Assembly: GCF_009914755.1 (NCBI RefSeq)
Contig: NC_060935.1
DNA length: 64,000 nt
Direction: 5' to 3' (one strand)
From: the human T2T-CHM13v2.0 reference genome, Homo sapiens
Part shown: one piece after another, positions 13,464 through 30,301 of the stretch
How the letters are laid out: every line of letters starts with the position of its first letter
Numbering within the stretch: the first letter of the stretch is position 1
Notes under the pieces: generated by a model
Databases searched by the model: none
Told to the model about the DNA's origin: nothing
The model's input: the letters and a program-made list of their open reading frames with translations, nothing else
Position numbers and translations under genes: made by a program

Positions 13464-14490
13464 GGTGGTGGGGAGCCAAGACGGCTGAATAGGAACAGCT
13501 CCAGTCTACAGCTCCCAGCGTGAGCAACACAGAAGAATGATTTCTGCATTTCCAACTGAGGTACCAGGTTCATCTCACTGGGGATTGTCAGACAGTGGGT
13601 GCAGGACAGTGGGTGCAGTGCACCGAGCTTGAGCCGGAGCAAGGCGAGGCATCACCTCACCCAGGAAGTGCAAGGGGTCAGGGAATTCCCTTTCCTAGCC
13701 AAGGAAAGGGGTGACAGATGGCACCTGGAAAATCAGGTCACTCCCACCCTAATACTGCGCTTTTCCAATGGTCTTAGCAAACGGCACACAAGAAGATTAT
13801 ATCCCATGCCTGGCTTGGAGGGTCCTACGCCCATGGAGCCTCACTCATTGCTAGCACAGTAGTCTGAGATCAAACTGCAAGGCAGCAGCAAGGCTGGGGG
13901 AGGGGCGCCTGCCATTGCCGAGACTTGAGTAGGTAAACAAAGCTGCTGGGAAGCTCGAACTGGGTGGAGCCCACCACAGCTCAAGGAGGCCTGCCTGCCT
14001 CTGTAGACTCCACCTCTGGGGGCAGGGCATAGCCAAACAAAAGGCAGCAGAAACCTCTGCAGACCTAAATGTCCCTGTCTGACAGCTTGGAAGAGAGTAG
14101 TGATTCTCCCAGCACGCAGCTTGAGATCTGAGAATGTACAGACTGCGTCCTCAAGAGGGTCCCTGAACCCCGAGTAGCCCAACTGGGAGGCACCCCCGAG
14201 TAGGGGCAGACTGACACCTCACACAGCCGAGTACTCCTCTGAGACAAAACTTCCAGAGGAACGATCAGGCAGCAACATTTGCTGTTCACCAATATCCGCT
14301 GTTCTGCATCCTCTGACGCTGATACCCAGGCAAATGGGGTCTGGAGTGGACCTCCGGCAAACTCCAACAGACCTACAGCTGAGGGTCCTGACTCTTAGAA
14401 GGAAAACTAACAAACAGAAAGGACATCCACACCAAAACCCCATCTGTACATCACCATCATCAAAGACCAAATGCAGATAAAACCACAAAG
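13464..14490 (+). promoter_or_regulatory. L1 5' UTR internal sense and antisense promoter region
   Basis: Position upstream of the ORF1 ATG. Many CpGs have decayed; the YY1 motif reads caagacggct instead of caagatggcc. Confidence 0.75.
13841..13915 (-). pseudogene. L1 ORF0, truncated to 24 aa
   Basis: Antisense MAGAPPPALLLPCSLISDYCASNE* matches the primate ORF0 N-terminus. Premature TGA at 13843-13841. Confidence 0.75.
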
Positions 14491-15507
14491 ATGGGGAAAA
14501 AACAGAGCAGAAAAACTGAAAATTCTAAAAATCAGAGAGCCTCTCTTCCTCCAAAGGAATGCGGCTCCTCACCAGCAATGGAACAAAGCTGGACGGAGAA
14601 TGACTTTTATGAGTTGAGAGAAGAAGGCTTCAGACGATCAAACTACTCTGAGCTAAAGGAGGAAGTTCGAACCCATGGCAAAGAAGTTAAAAACCTTGAA
14701 AACAGATTACACAAATGGCTAACTAGAATAACCAATGCAGAGAAGTCCTTCAAGGACCTGATGGAGCTGAAAACCACGGCACGAGAACTACGTGATGAAT
14801 GCACAAGCCTCAGTAGCCGATTCAATCAACTGGAATAAAAGGTATCAGTGATGGAAGATCAAATGAATGAAATGAAGTGAGAAGGGAAGTTGAGAGACAA
14901 AAGAATAAAAAGAAATGAACAAACCCTCCAAGAAATATGGGACTATGTGAAAAGACCAAATCTACATCTGATTAGTGTACCTGAAAGTGAGGGGGAGAAT
15001 GGAACAAAGTTGGAAAACACTCTGCAGGATATTATCCAGGAGAACTTCCCCAATCTAGCAAGGCAGGCCAACGTTCAAATTCAGGAAATACAGAGAACGC
15101 CACAAAGATACTCCTTGAGAAGAGCAACTCCAAGACACATAATTGTCAGATTTACCAAAGTTGAAATGAAGGAAAAAATGTTAAGGGCAGCCAGAGAGAA
15201 AGGTTGGATTACCCACAAAGGGAAGCCCATCAGACTAACAGCTGATCTCTCAGCAGAAACTCTACAAGCCAGAAGAAAGTTGGGGCCAATATTCAACATT
15301 CTTAAAGAAAAGAATTTCCAACCCAGAATTTCATATCCAGCCAAACTAAGCTTCATAACTGAAGGAGAAATAAAATCCTTTACAGACAAGCAAATGCTGA
15401 GAGATTTTGTCACCACCAGGCCTGCCCTAAAAGAGCTCCTGAAGGAAGCGCTAAACATGGAAAGGAACAACTGGTACCAGCCACTGCAAAACCATGCCAA
15501 ATTGTAA
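14491..15507 (+). pseudogene. L1 ORF1p (RNA-binding chaperone), disrupted
   Basis: MGKKQSRK...NHAKL. In-frame stops TAA 14836-14838 and TGA 14878-14880. REKG and YPAKLS motifs present. Confidence 0.95.
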
Positions 15508-15570
15508 AGACCATCAAGGCTAGGAAGAAACTGCATCAACTAACGAGCAAAATAACCAGCTAACATCATA

Positions 15571-19394
<3,824 letters not shown>

Positions 19395-22329
19395 ACAATG
19401 AGAACACATGGACACAGGAAGGGGAACATCACACAGCGGGGCCTGTTGTGGGGTGGTGGGAGGTGGGAGGGATAGCATTAGGAGATATATCTAATGTTAA
19501 ATGACGAGTTAATGGGTTCAGCACACCAACATGGCACATGTATACATATGTAACAAACCTGCACGTTGTGCACATGTACCCTAAAACTTAAAGTATAATA
19601 AAAAAAAATAAATAAAAATAAAAATAAAAATAAAAAAATTTCAGAAAATTTAAAAATGTCTAGTAAGACACAATGACTATTGAGACACTTAATTGGTCTT
19701 AGAGGGAGGGTAGAAAAATTGGTTGAGGTTTATATTTATGGATTTACAAGTTTTGTTTTAAAAAGAACATGAAATATGTATATTATCAATGTTACATGAA
19801 TTTATGCAATTGCAATAGACAAAATGCAGTTAAGATCTTTCTTAGAAGAAAACTAAATATAATACAGTATTTTCTAATATTTTCTTGAACTATAATCATG
19901 GTTTATTTCATACACTTACATATAGTAAAAATTTATACATATACAATCACAAACTTAGTGACTCATCATGGTATATGGCTTTGAGATGTTTCCCAGGAGT
20001 GTTAATGAGTTTACTTCAATAATATTTATCTAACTTACATAGGTCTTAAATTCAACAGGAGGTTAAATTTTCATTTGTAAGTTCCAAAGTTTTGGAGTGA
20101 CACCTCTAATCCAGTCAGTTTTTTCCTTCTCTCCATAATGTGGCTAGGAAAAGGGTAGAAATATGCATTTGTGACTCAGATAGTATATCACTAAGAGATT
20201 TCCTGGGTAACTTCTTAGAAGAAGGTTAATAGAACATTTACAGAGCTTTTCAATTTGTGAATGCTCATCTGTAAAAGGGGCAGGACCTTCAGCTTCTGCA
20301 TATACCAAAAGCTGAGAGCATTTGCAGGATATTATTTTTCTCCAAAGATAAATGATGTAAATGGCCTCTAAAGTATGATTTCAACTTATAAAAGAACCTA
20401 GGGGCACTTAAATTATGCGTTGTATGCCATTTTGATAACATTATAACAACAGACACAACAGACATAATGGAGTAATGAAATGACTGAGGCTTTAGCATCA
20501 TCCAGATCCAAGTCCCAACCCAGCTCTGCCATTTAGTCACTATGTGATTGTAAAGTTAGTGAGGCTTACTCTTCTCCCTTTAGAAAAAGAGATAACAAAA
20601 CTACTTAATGTGATTTTTGAAATAATTAACCAAATAAAGGAGAACCACAGCATTCTGTAATTCAAGAGGCCACCATTTACATAATATATATAAGATAAAT
20701 AGTGTCCCCTTGGCATTGTGAAGCACAGTCTGCTTGAATAACATGAGCAAGCCCTGTCATCACAGTTACACACAAAGTAGATGTTCAATGTTTGCATTAT
20801 TCAATATCATTGCAATAACAAAAAACAGTGTGGGTTTGACATCCTTTGCATATCAAAACTGTGTTTATTGAGCATAGCAGCAAGGTATTATGCCTGCTTA
20901 GAATTCCACATTCCTAGAACAATGCCATGATCACAGAAGTAACTCAATATCAGTATGTTGAATAGGTAAAGATCATATTAATCTATATGATTGGTCGATC
21001 AGGAGCCCTTTGGAAAGCTTTATCTTTCACTAAGTATTCCCAGTGAGCCTTTGTGTAAGGAGAAATGAAATCTAGGACACAGCCTTTTAGTTATCTAAAG
21101 CAAAATAAGCTTCTGTGCATTTTTATTGTGAGGATGTATGTATTAAGGCTAAACACACAGCATTCCAAAATTTAAAGTAATGCTAATATGTGGGATATGT
21201 GTGTGCATGTGTGTGTGTGCACCTTTGTGCATGTGTTTTGCATTTAAAGAGAGAGTGGGATACCTGCAAATGCATATTTATATATTTATATTTATATTTA
21301 TATATATGGAATCAAATTTGTAAAATGAACAACTTGACCTATTTCCTATTTGGGGAGAGTTTCCCAGAAGTCTCAAAATCAGCCTTGCCAATTCCCTTAT
21401 TTGCCAGGTGTCTACTAGATGCATCATGCCCTTTTTTAGCAACCTTCTTTTAGGATGGCACACATCCTTAAAAATCTATTTCACATGAATCTTGACTCAA
21501 ATGTGTATCTGCTGTTTCCTTTAGCTTTTTAAATAGGAAGAAGAGATTGTCTCTAGCAGGTTTGTCACTTTATCAGAATATCTTTGAGCATGTCTTAAAA
21601 ACTGAGTTCAGAGTAAGAAGTGGCTTCCCCACGTTACATAGTTGCAGAGGTAGCTGGGCCTATAGCATGGGTCTCATTTTCATCCAGATTTTTTCTCTGT
21701 CATCACTCCAATTTTAATGATGAGTTAAACTCAAAAGAAGAGACTGCTTGCCTTGGGAAGTTATATTCTTTCTGGGTACTTAAATCACTTTTACCAAACC
21801 ACTGAATGTACTTATAATACATCAGCATTATCAAAGTGGCATCAAGGAAAATTGAGAAAGTGATTGTATTTTACCATGTCTGTGTGTCCACTACAAACCA
21901 TGTCCTAAATTAAAAAAAAATAATTTGCTGCATTTGCTTTAGGATATATTTCTGAATCCTAGTATTCTAACTCCTTTATTAAAGTTTGGTTATCTTGAAG
22001 CCAGTAGTTAATTCACTAGCCCACACACATGGAAAAGCATGGCCCTGTATGTTCAGTCTGTCAAAGTCATACCAGTCAGTTTCAGTCACAGAAATGCAGG
22101 GTTGGAAGGGACCTAAAAGCTAAAGATCATGGATTCCAGCTGTATCACAGTGTAGGGTCTTATAGATCCAGGGGCTAATCCAAGTTTTACCACCTTCTAA
22201 CTTTTAAAGTCGTGCATGTAAATCTTTTTTAAGCCTCACTTTCTTCCTTCATGAAATTAAGATAATGACAGTTCTTAATTTGTAGAGTTATTGAAAGGAT
22301 TAATAACTCATAGCGTTATCTAAAGGAGC

Positions 22330-22640
22330 TGGCTCTTTCTTATACTTCAGGTTCACTTTAAACGTCAGCCCCTCTGAAAATTATCCCTTGATTACCTTAT
22401 TTAAACTGGTCTCTCAGCTATTCTTTCTAACCCATCATTTGGCTTATCTTCTTCCAGCGTATTCTGTGATTATTGGTTTCCTCATCTGCTTATTATCTTA
22501 CTGTCTGTCTCCTTCCACAAATTTGTAAGATCTGTAAGTTCTGGGTCTGGGTCTGTATGTATCCCCAAAATCAAGAATGATGTTTGGAAAATGCTTCCCA
22601 TAAAGCAAACATTAACAAGTTTGTGTAGGATTAAATTAAT
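22330..22640. mobile_element. L2 fragment (flanked by MIR/MIR3 and L3-like pieces at ~22080-22320 and ~22930-23170)
   Basis: 'ttcaggttcactttaaacgtcagcccctctgaaaattatcccttgattacc...ttatcttactgtctgtctcc...tgtaagatctgtaag'. Confidence 0.5.
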
Positions 22641-23826
22641 AAATGCAAATCAGTAATAATTATTATGAATGTATAGAAATCTACACATTTAACATGAATA
22701 TTATCCATTTTAATTATAAAAATTAGGCCATTGCAAACAACTTAGGAATTAATTTTTACATCTTTGCAAGGCATAAAAAAACAGAAAAAAATATTGTCAG
22801 ACCAATAATTTTTGATCAGTTTACTTAGAAAAACAGGGCCATATTACTAAAATATGTGTATAATCTACCTTTACAGTGCTCAAAACAAATCCATAATATC
22901 CCTACTAAGGGCTCACCTGACACTGCTTGATTACCTCTAGTGACAGGAAGGTCATTATCTCATGATGCAATGCCATTAATTTTTAGACTGCTCAGATTAT
23001 AAGAAAATCTTATGTTGAACAAAAATCAGGATCATAAAAGCAAGGATTCATTGAGAACACTTCAAGTCCCAAAAATACACATAACTTTCCTAATTATTAT
23101 TCCTTTATTAGCCCCTTATCAAAAATAAAGACACCTTTCAAATACTCCATGATTTTTCTCTTATCCAGGTTAATTAACTCCACTTCAGTCAAGTTTAATC
23201 ACACATCTATATTTGTATGCATATCTGTGTGACACATTCAGCAGATGTGGCCACACATTCAGAATCATAATACAGTGAAGACATTAAATAAAAGCATTTT
23301 AATTTATAACTATCTATAAGCCCACAAAGCACTTTCACATTCCTATACTAATGGGATATTATCTTGGTTACACACTCCCTTACATATTGGTTAATTGAGG
23401 CTCTGCTGGGAATTTCTAGAATAAATATAAGACATTTTCTATATTTTTGTAGCTAGGAAAGCATACAATCATTTCCCCCAAGCTGACAGGGCAAAACACA
23501 TTTAGGTTTTTTCAGATTCATGAGTGGCCAGTCTCATGTTTACTTCTAATAGGAAACTGATGACTCAATTCACCCATTTATCTCAGAGCAGCCCAAACAT
23601 GGATATCACAATGAGATCTTTGTGGTACGTAGAATAACGTGCCTCCCATCCGAATATGACCATGTCCTAAATTTTGGAACCTGTGAGCATGTTACCTTGA
23701 ATCGTTACATTCTAGACCATGTGACTATATTACCTCACATGGCATTTTGCAGATTTGATTAAAGTTAAGCATCTTAAAATGGGAAGATTATCCTGGATTA
23801 TCCAGGTGCGCCCAACATAATCAAGG

Positions 23827-24138
<312 letters not shown>

Positions 24139-24504
24139 TAAAAGTGGAAGAGAAAGGCAGAAAAGTGGGTCAGAGATTTGAGATAGAAGGAGAAGGATAA
24201 ATTTGAAACAGAAAAGTAACTAAATCTGTCATTATTAATTTTTAAGATGGAGGAGGCCAGGGACCAAGGAATGTGAATGATGTCTAGAAGCTGAGAATGA
24301 CCTTCTGCTGACAGCCAGCCAGGAGAAAAAGCTCAGTCCTACAGCTGCAAAGAGCTGAATTTTGCCAGCAACCACAACTACCAAGGAAATGAATCCTCCC
24401 TTAGATCACCAAGAAGAGAATGCAGTCCTCTTGACATCTTCAGTTTAGCTCAGTAAGACCTATGAGGAACTTCTGTCAGACAGGATTATAAGATAATCAC
24501 CTTG

Positions 24505-24672
24505 TTTTTTTCAACAAATTTTAAAAGTTGATATATAGTAATTGTACATGTTTTTGAGGTACATATGACATTTTGATACCTGCATACAATGTATAATATT
24601 CAAATCAAAGTAATTGGAATATCCATCACCTCAAACATTTATCTTTTCTTTGTGTTGGCAACATTACCAATC
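24505..24672 (-). mobile_element. L1MA3/4-type 3' end fragment
   Basis: 'attgtacatgtttttgaggtacatatgacattttgatac...atatccatcacctcaaacatttatc'. Confidence 0.75.
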
Positions 24673-25735
24673 TGGTTGTTTTAAGCCACTAAATTTGTGA
24701 TAATTTGTTACAATAGCAATGGAAAATAAACATAATCTAGACTACTGTAAATTTGCATCAATGATCTGAGGGGAATACAACTCAACAATTTGTAGGTTCC
24801 TTATAAACCACACTTGAATTTTTGGAATCCTCTACTCTGTAATATTCCTTACAAACAAATTTAAATTCCCTCTTCCTGCCTTCTAAGGACAAATGGCAGT
24901 GTCTCATGAGTATAACAAATTCAATGTTTGGCAATACTCTCAGTTATCAAATACTTTGCAAACTAATTTTGTATATTATAAAGTAATTTTACTCAGTTTA
25001 GGGGGAAAAGGTAGATATGTGTGATTCAGCACTTAAGAACATACTAACTTCTCATATTTCTCTCTCCCTTCTTTTTGTCTCTTTCCCCTTCCTTCCCTCC
25101 CCATACCTTACCACTCCGTACAAGTTTTTAGATTTTTAGAGTAGAGGTGGAGTCCTATTTTCCTGAAAATGTATTATACTGTTTAATGAGAATATGTATA
25201 TTTCCCCAGAAAATGTTTGACTTTTCTTCGCCCCTGAAGTAACATTAAATAAGTTATCTCTTAAACCATAGCTATTTCCTTTGTAAGGCTGTCCACTTAA
25301 TCTTTATAATTCATTTGAAGACGTTTATTGTAGAGGAAAAATAAAGTTGCTGTTGGTTAACAGAAACCTTGAACTCTGTCATTCTTTACTGCTATTGCAT
25401 TAAGATAGTTTCTGCCAGCACAGTCATTCTCTTGTCAAGATCATTTTAATTATGCATGTGGTAAAAGATGTGATTCGTCACCAAAAGTACACCCTGGTGC
25501 CATAAACTCCCTTCTGACTAGTTTTCTATGCTTATTTAAAATACCTGTAGTCTGTCAATAACTTTATACTCTTCTTTGGCAAATTGGAAAGTTGGAAGGC
25601 AAGGAGAAAGGGAATATCCAAGAGAAAATCAATATAAATTTTGCAAACAAATGCAAGGGCAGTAATATATCAGTGATAGTTGATTGTGTTGGGTAGTATA
25701 GGTGAAGTGAATTTTACAACTTTAAAATGTGATAC

Positions 25736-26026
25736 TTTTTTTTTCAGAAGCAGAGTCTCATTCTGTTGTATAGGCTGGTGCACAGTGGCGCAAACTCTGC
25801 TCACTGCAACCTCCGCCTCCCGGTTCAAGTGATTCTCATGCCTCAACCTCCCAAGTAGCTGGGACTGCAGGCATACGCCACCACACCCAGCTAATTTTTG
25901 TATTTTTAGTAGAGACAGGGTTTCACCATGTTGGGCAGGCTGGTCTTAAACTCCTGACCTCAGGTGATCTGCCCCCCTCAGCCTCCCAAAGTGCTGGGAT
26001 TACAGGTGTGAGCCACTGCACCAGCC
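25736..26026 (-). mobile_element. AluSx-like SINE
   Basis: Antisense dimer. TSD tgtgatac / tgtcatac. Confidence 0.92.
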
Positions 26027-26219
26027 TGTCATACATCTTTCTGACCATCACTAATTAGAAAACATTGTTACATTTCATTTACTTAAACAAAAGGTCATTG
26101 AAAACCTACTTATTTCTATGCATTGGGTAAAGATCTAACAATCAACGTGAGAAAAATGGTGTTGCCATATTTTCCAAGAGTCATTCTTCTCAACAATAAA
26201 TTATTGGAGGATATGATAA

Positions 26220-27009
26220 TGTGTTAGTCCTTGTATGATTAACCCAATATTTATTGTTCTTTTTTCCAGAAAAGTAGTAGGATTCTACTTTCCGATTATT
26301 TTGAAGTTAAATGTGGCAGTGTATATTGCTTTGACCAATAATGTGTGAGTAGAAGTCACACTTGTCACTTTTGGGTGAAGAATTTAACAGTCAATGTGCA
26401 ATTTTCCATGTTCCTGTTTATCTTCTCAGCAACCATGGAAATGTAAAGATGAAACCTCCCTCAGCCTGGAGTCCCAAGTAAAATGACATAGAACAGAGCT
26501 GTCTATAATGGATGCAAAATGTAAGTAAATAATATTCATTTGTTATTTTAAACAACTGATATATTGAAGTTTTTTACTAAACTAGTTTATTTGGACTCCT
26601 AAAAATGATATCTAAAAGAAGAATGCTGTAATAGAAAAATCTGAGAAAAAATGTCCTTGGCTGAATAGACAATAATAGTGAGAAAATTGTTATAGGAGAC
26701 AAGATGCATTATAACTTGTCTTATGTAATGGACAAGCATTTGGTGAAGTTGTCACCTCTTTTAAGTTGGGCATTCTTCTATAGAATTAATGAACCTGTAG
26801 CTTTGGAGGAAGAATTAGTCTACCAAATGCTAATTTTTGATGTTTTCTGTATTTAGCAATGCATTAGAGAAAAGAGAATGAGCTCAGAAAGTAATTAGCT
26901 TACAATCAGTAATTAAAGGAAATAAAGTCATTCCACGAATTCAGGGACTTGTAGAGTTATATATATACATATATATGTGTGTGTATATATGTGTGTGTGT
27001 GTATGTGTG

Positions 27010-27040
<31 letters not shown>

Positions 27041-28015
27041 GTATATATATGATATTAGGTTCAAAGCCCTTAAAAATGGAAGCTTGTAGCAAGGATCCAG
27101 TCCAAAGTATGGCCCTCACACCCATTGTTGAGAGTATGGAGTAAGGTGAGAGAATAAGAGTTCAGCTGCCTAGTGTTCAATTGAACACTTTGGCTATGAG
27201 GCAGGAGACAAAGGATGTGGTTCTTTAATTGAAACCTGATAGGCCTTACATGCTCATTATTCAGCATGCAGCTTGAAAGAAGTAATTTTGGAAGAGAATG
27301 AAATGTAGCAAAAGCTAAAAAATACTGTATGCCTTAAAAAATACTAGTCTGGGCAACAACATAAAGAATCTACTGGAATCAAATAGGTAAGGCTGGGCAG
27401 GGAGGGGTGGGATAGAGAAAGATTAGTTAATGGTATTAATATGCAGTTAGAGAGAAAAAATAAGTTCTGGTATTTGATAGCACAGTAGGGTAACTACAGT
27501 AAATAATTTGCCATGTACCTCAAATTAGCTAGAAGAGAGGATCTGGAAGGTTCACAGCACAAAGAAATGATAAATATTTAAGGTGAGGAATATGCTAAAT
27601 ACCTGACTTGATCGTTAACACATTGTATCCACATATTGAAATATCATATATATATCCCATAAATGTGTACAATTATGGATCAATAAAAAGTATTTTAAAA
27701 ATAATCTCTCAAAGGCTAAAATAAGAAAATATAGATGAGAAAATCATGAAGAGAGGGACCTCCTCCATAGAGCAAAATTGCAGTTAATCAAGGAACATAC
27801 TCAATTCCAGCAAGTGTGTTTACTTCTGTCATTGTTTGATCATTACACATCATTTTTGAAAGGCGCAGAAAATTTGACTTTTTATTTGTATTTCTCCAAG
27901 CCAAGAGGAGCTTGGGTTCTTTCTTCTGGGTTGTTTCTTCCAGGGAGAGAGCAAATGTGCTATGCCTGGAACTTAGTTATTTGAGGATTTAGTGACCAGC
28001 GGGAGGAGCCATCCC

Positions 28016-28046
<31 letters not shown>

Positions 28047-28492
28047 TTCCTGTGTATCATATTTACATCTTCTTCTTTGCTTCCCCTGTCAATCTTCTTC
28101 ATTCAATAAAAACCCATGTGATTATGTTGGGCTACCCAATTTTATTTTCCCACCCTCAAGCCCTCATGAAGCTTCATTCATAAATTGCTTTGACAAGTGA
28201 TGTATGAGCAGATGTGTCACACATCACTTCTGGCAAAAGCTTTAACAAAACAAGGGAAAGAATATTCAGCACACTCTCTTTCTCCATTTCTTTGCCATGG
28301 CAACTGTCAGTGGTCCAGGGAGTATCTGCTACCTCAGCCTGAATCTTGGAGAAAGAACAATGGGCTTGTTAACCTGCAAAAGTTGGTTAACCTGCAACTG
28401 TCACGCAGCACATATAAGAAGGAAACTTTGCCACTTTAAGCTTCTCAGATATTGAAGTTGTTTGTTCCACAGCATAATCTAATTTATTCCTC
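26220..28492 (+). mobile_element. MLT1I/J-type MaLR remnant: LTR (~26220-26600), internal sequence, LTR (~28115-28492)
   Basis: Two homologous LTR-like blocks ('ttgctttgaccaataatgtgtgagtagaagtcac' / 'ttgctttgacaagtgatgtatgagcagatgtgtcac') flank MaLR-int-like sequence ('gaaaattgttataggagac...ttatgtaatggacaagcatttggtgaagttgtcacct'). Confidence 0.6.
27390..27700 (+). mobile_element. L1MA5/6-type 3' end fragment
   Basis: 'aataagttctggtatttgatagcacagtagggtaactacagt...gcacaaagaaatgataaatatttaaggtga...cccataaatgtgtacaattat'. Confidence 0.78.
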
Positions 28493-29994
28493 CAGGTAGA
28501 ATAGATAACAAAAGGAAAGTTATAATAGGGAAAAATATTTTATATAATATTTAGAGCACAGCGTTTGGGTTTGGACAAACTTATGTTGAATCCTGAAATT
28601 ATCACTATGTAGCTGAGTCCCCATGGTAAAAATTGCTTATCTCTATTATCATTTACTTTATTGTCTGTAAATTGGAGATCATTTCACATTTACTGGAATT
28701 CTACTATGTGCCAGGCATTATTTTAGGCACTGAGAGGATAAAAATGGATGAAATGAATTCTAAAACGAAATATACAAGTCTATTGACAAAAGATAACATT
28801 GGTAAATCTTTAGTTCCTTTCTATAACATGGTATATGGTCAATAATGTTGTTTCTGCTTTCCTTTGAGTGCTTATTTAAATGTAGAAACATCCTAAGCTT
28901 TACTGTTAACAGTTCTAATAACACCTGCTAAAAGGTGTTTTTTTTTTTTAAGTCCAAATCTAAGGGTTTTTTGTTGTTGTTGTTTAATCAGCAGAAATCC
29001 TAAGAACTAGTCAGACTTGAGCTTCACTAAATTGCATGTTTTCTTTGGCCTTTAGTACAAATGCCAAATTCATCACAAGTCTCCGGATGAAGAGATTACT
29101 TTCCAGCAGGCAGCAATGCCTACTAGGGAGGCTGCGTTCTTTCCTTCTGTCCTGTGACCTCCGTGCTCCATGTTGTACATGATGTCCTCCTCCCTAATTT
29201 GTGCTCAGTAGACATGATGCAGCTAAGGACAAAAATGGACAACTAATGAAAAGTGAAATAAATTCGACAATAAATGTTTGAAAATGATTAATGCTCATTA
29301 ATGATGAAAAAAGAAAAATCTAAATAATAATGAAAGAGCATTGTCATCTATCAGATTGGCAAATGTTTTTTGAAAATACTGAAGCACTCTCTTACAATGC
29401 TTGATAAAAACTTTCTAAATTTGGCAAGGACATAAGACACTGAAATGTATTCCTGTTACTCTAATATTTTAATTTGGTAAATGAATCTGCTAAAATAGAA
29501 AAGGGTATTCACAATGAATGATAGGCATATTCATCCACCACTGTTTTTAACCATGTAAATTTGGTTATAGTATACTTTTTTTAAAATTATACTTTAAGTT
29601 CCAGGGTACTTCTAATACTAGAGTATTCATTAAATAAGTCAAGATAGAAGTCTACACAGAAATACTATGCAAACCTTAAAAGTTAAAAAAAAATTACACA
29701 TATACTTATTTAACAAGAATAATATTTTCAATAAAATGTTGAATAAAAACTTCAGATATAGGCATAAACTATGTAAATATATGTGCATCAGTGTTAAGGA
29801 TGGTTATGTTTGTCAGGGGAGGATCATGAGTGTTCAGATCATTAGGGGACTTATATTTATTTCCTGATATTTCCAAAATGAGTATGCTGTTGTAAAACAT
29901 AAAGCTAATCAATAAAATAAGCAAATTTGGATAAAGGTAAAATCTAGCTTATGTCTGTAATGCAGCAGTCGCTGATTATTAAAGAATATTATCA

Positions 29995-30301
29995 GTCAGG
30001 CACGGTGGCTCACGCCTGTAATCCCAGCACTTTGGGAGGCTGAGGCGGGTGGACCATGAGGTCAGGAGTTCGAGACCAGCCTGGCCAACATGATGAAACC
30101 CTGTCACTACTAAACATACAAAAATTAGCCAGGTGTGGTGGTGCGCACCTACAATCTCAGCTACTCAGGAGGCTGAAGCAGAAGAATCACTTGAACCCGA
30201 GAGGCGGAGGTTGCAATGAGCCAAGATCATGCCATTAGACTCCAGCCTGAACAATAAAGACTGTGACTCAAAAAATAAAAAAATTAAAAAAAGGAAAAAA
30301 A
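29995..30301 (+). mobile_element. AluSg-like SINE
   Basis: Full dimer. Exact 14-bp TSD aaagaatattatca (29981-29994 / 30302-30315). Confidence 0.93.
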
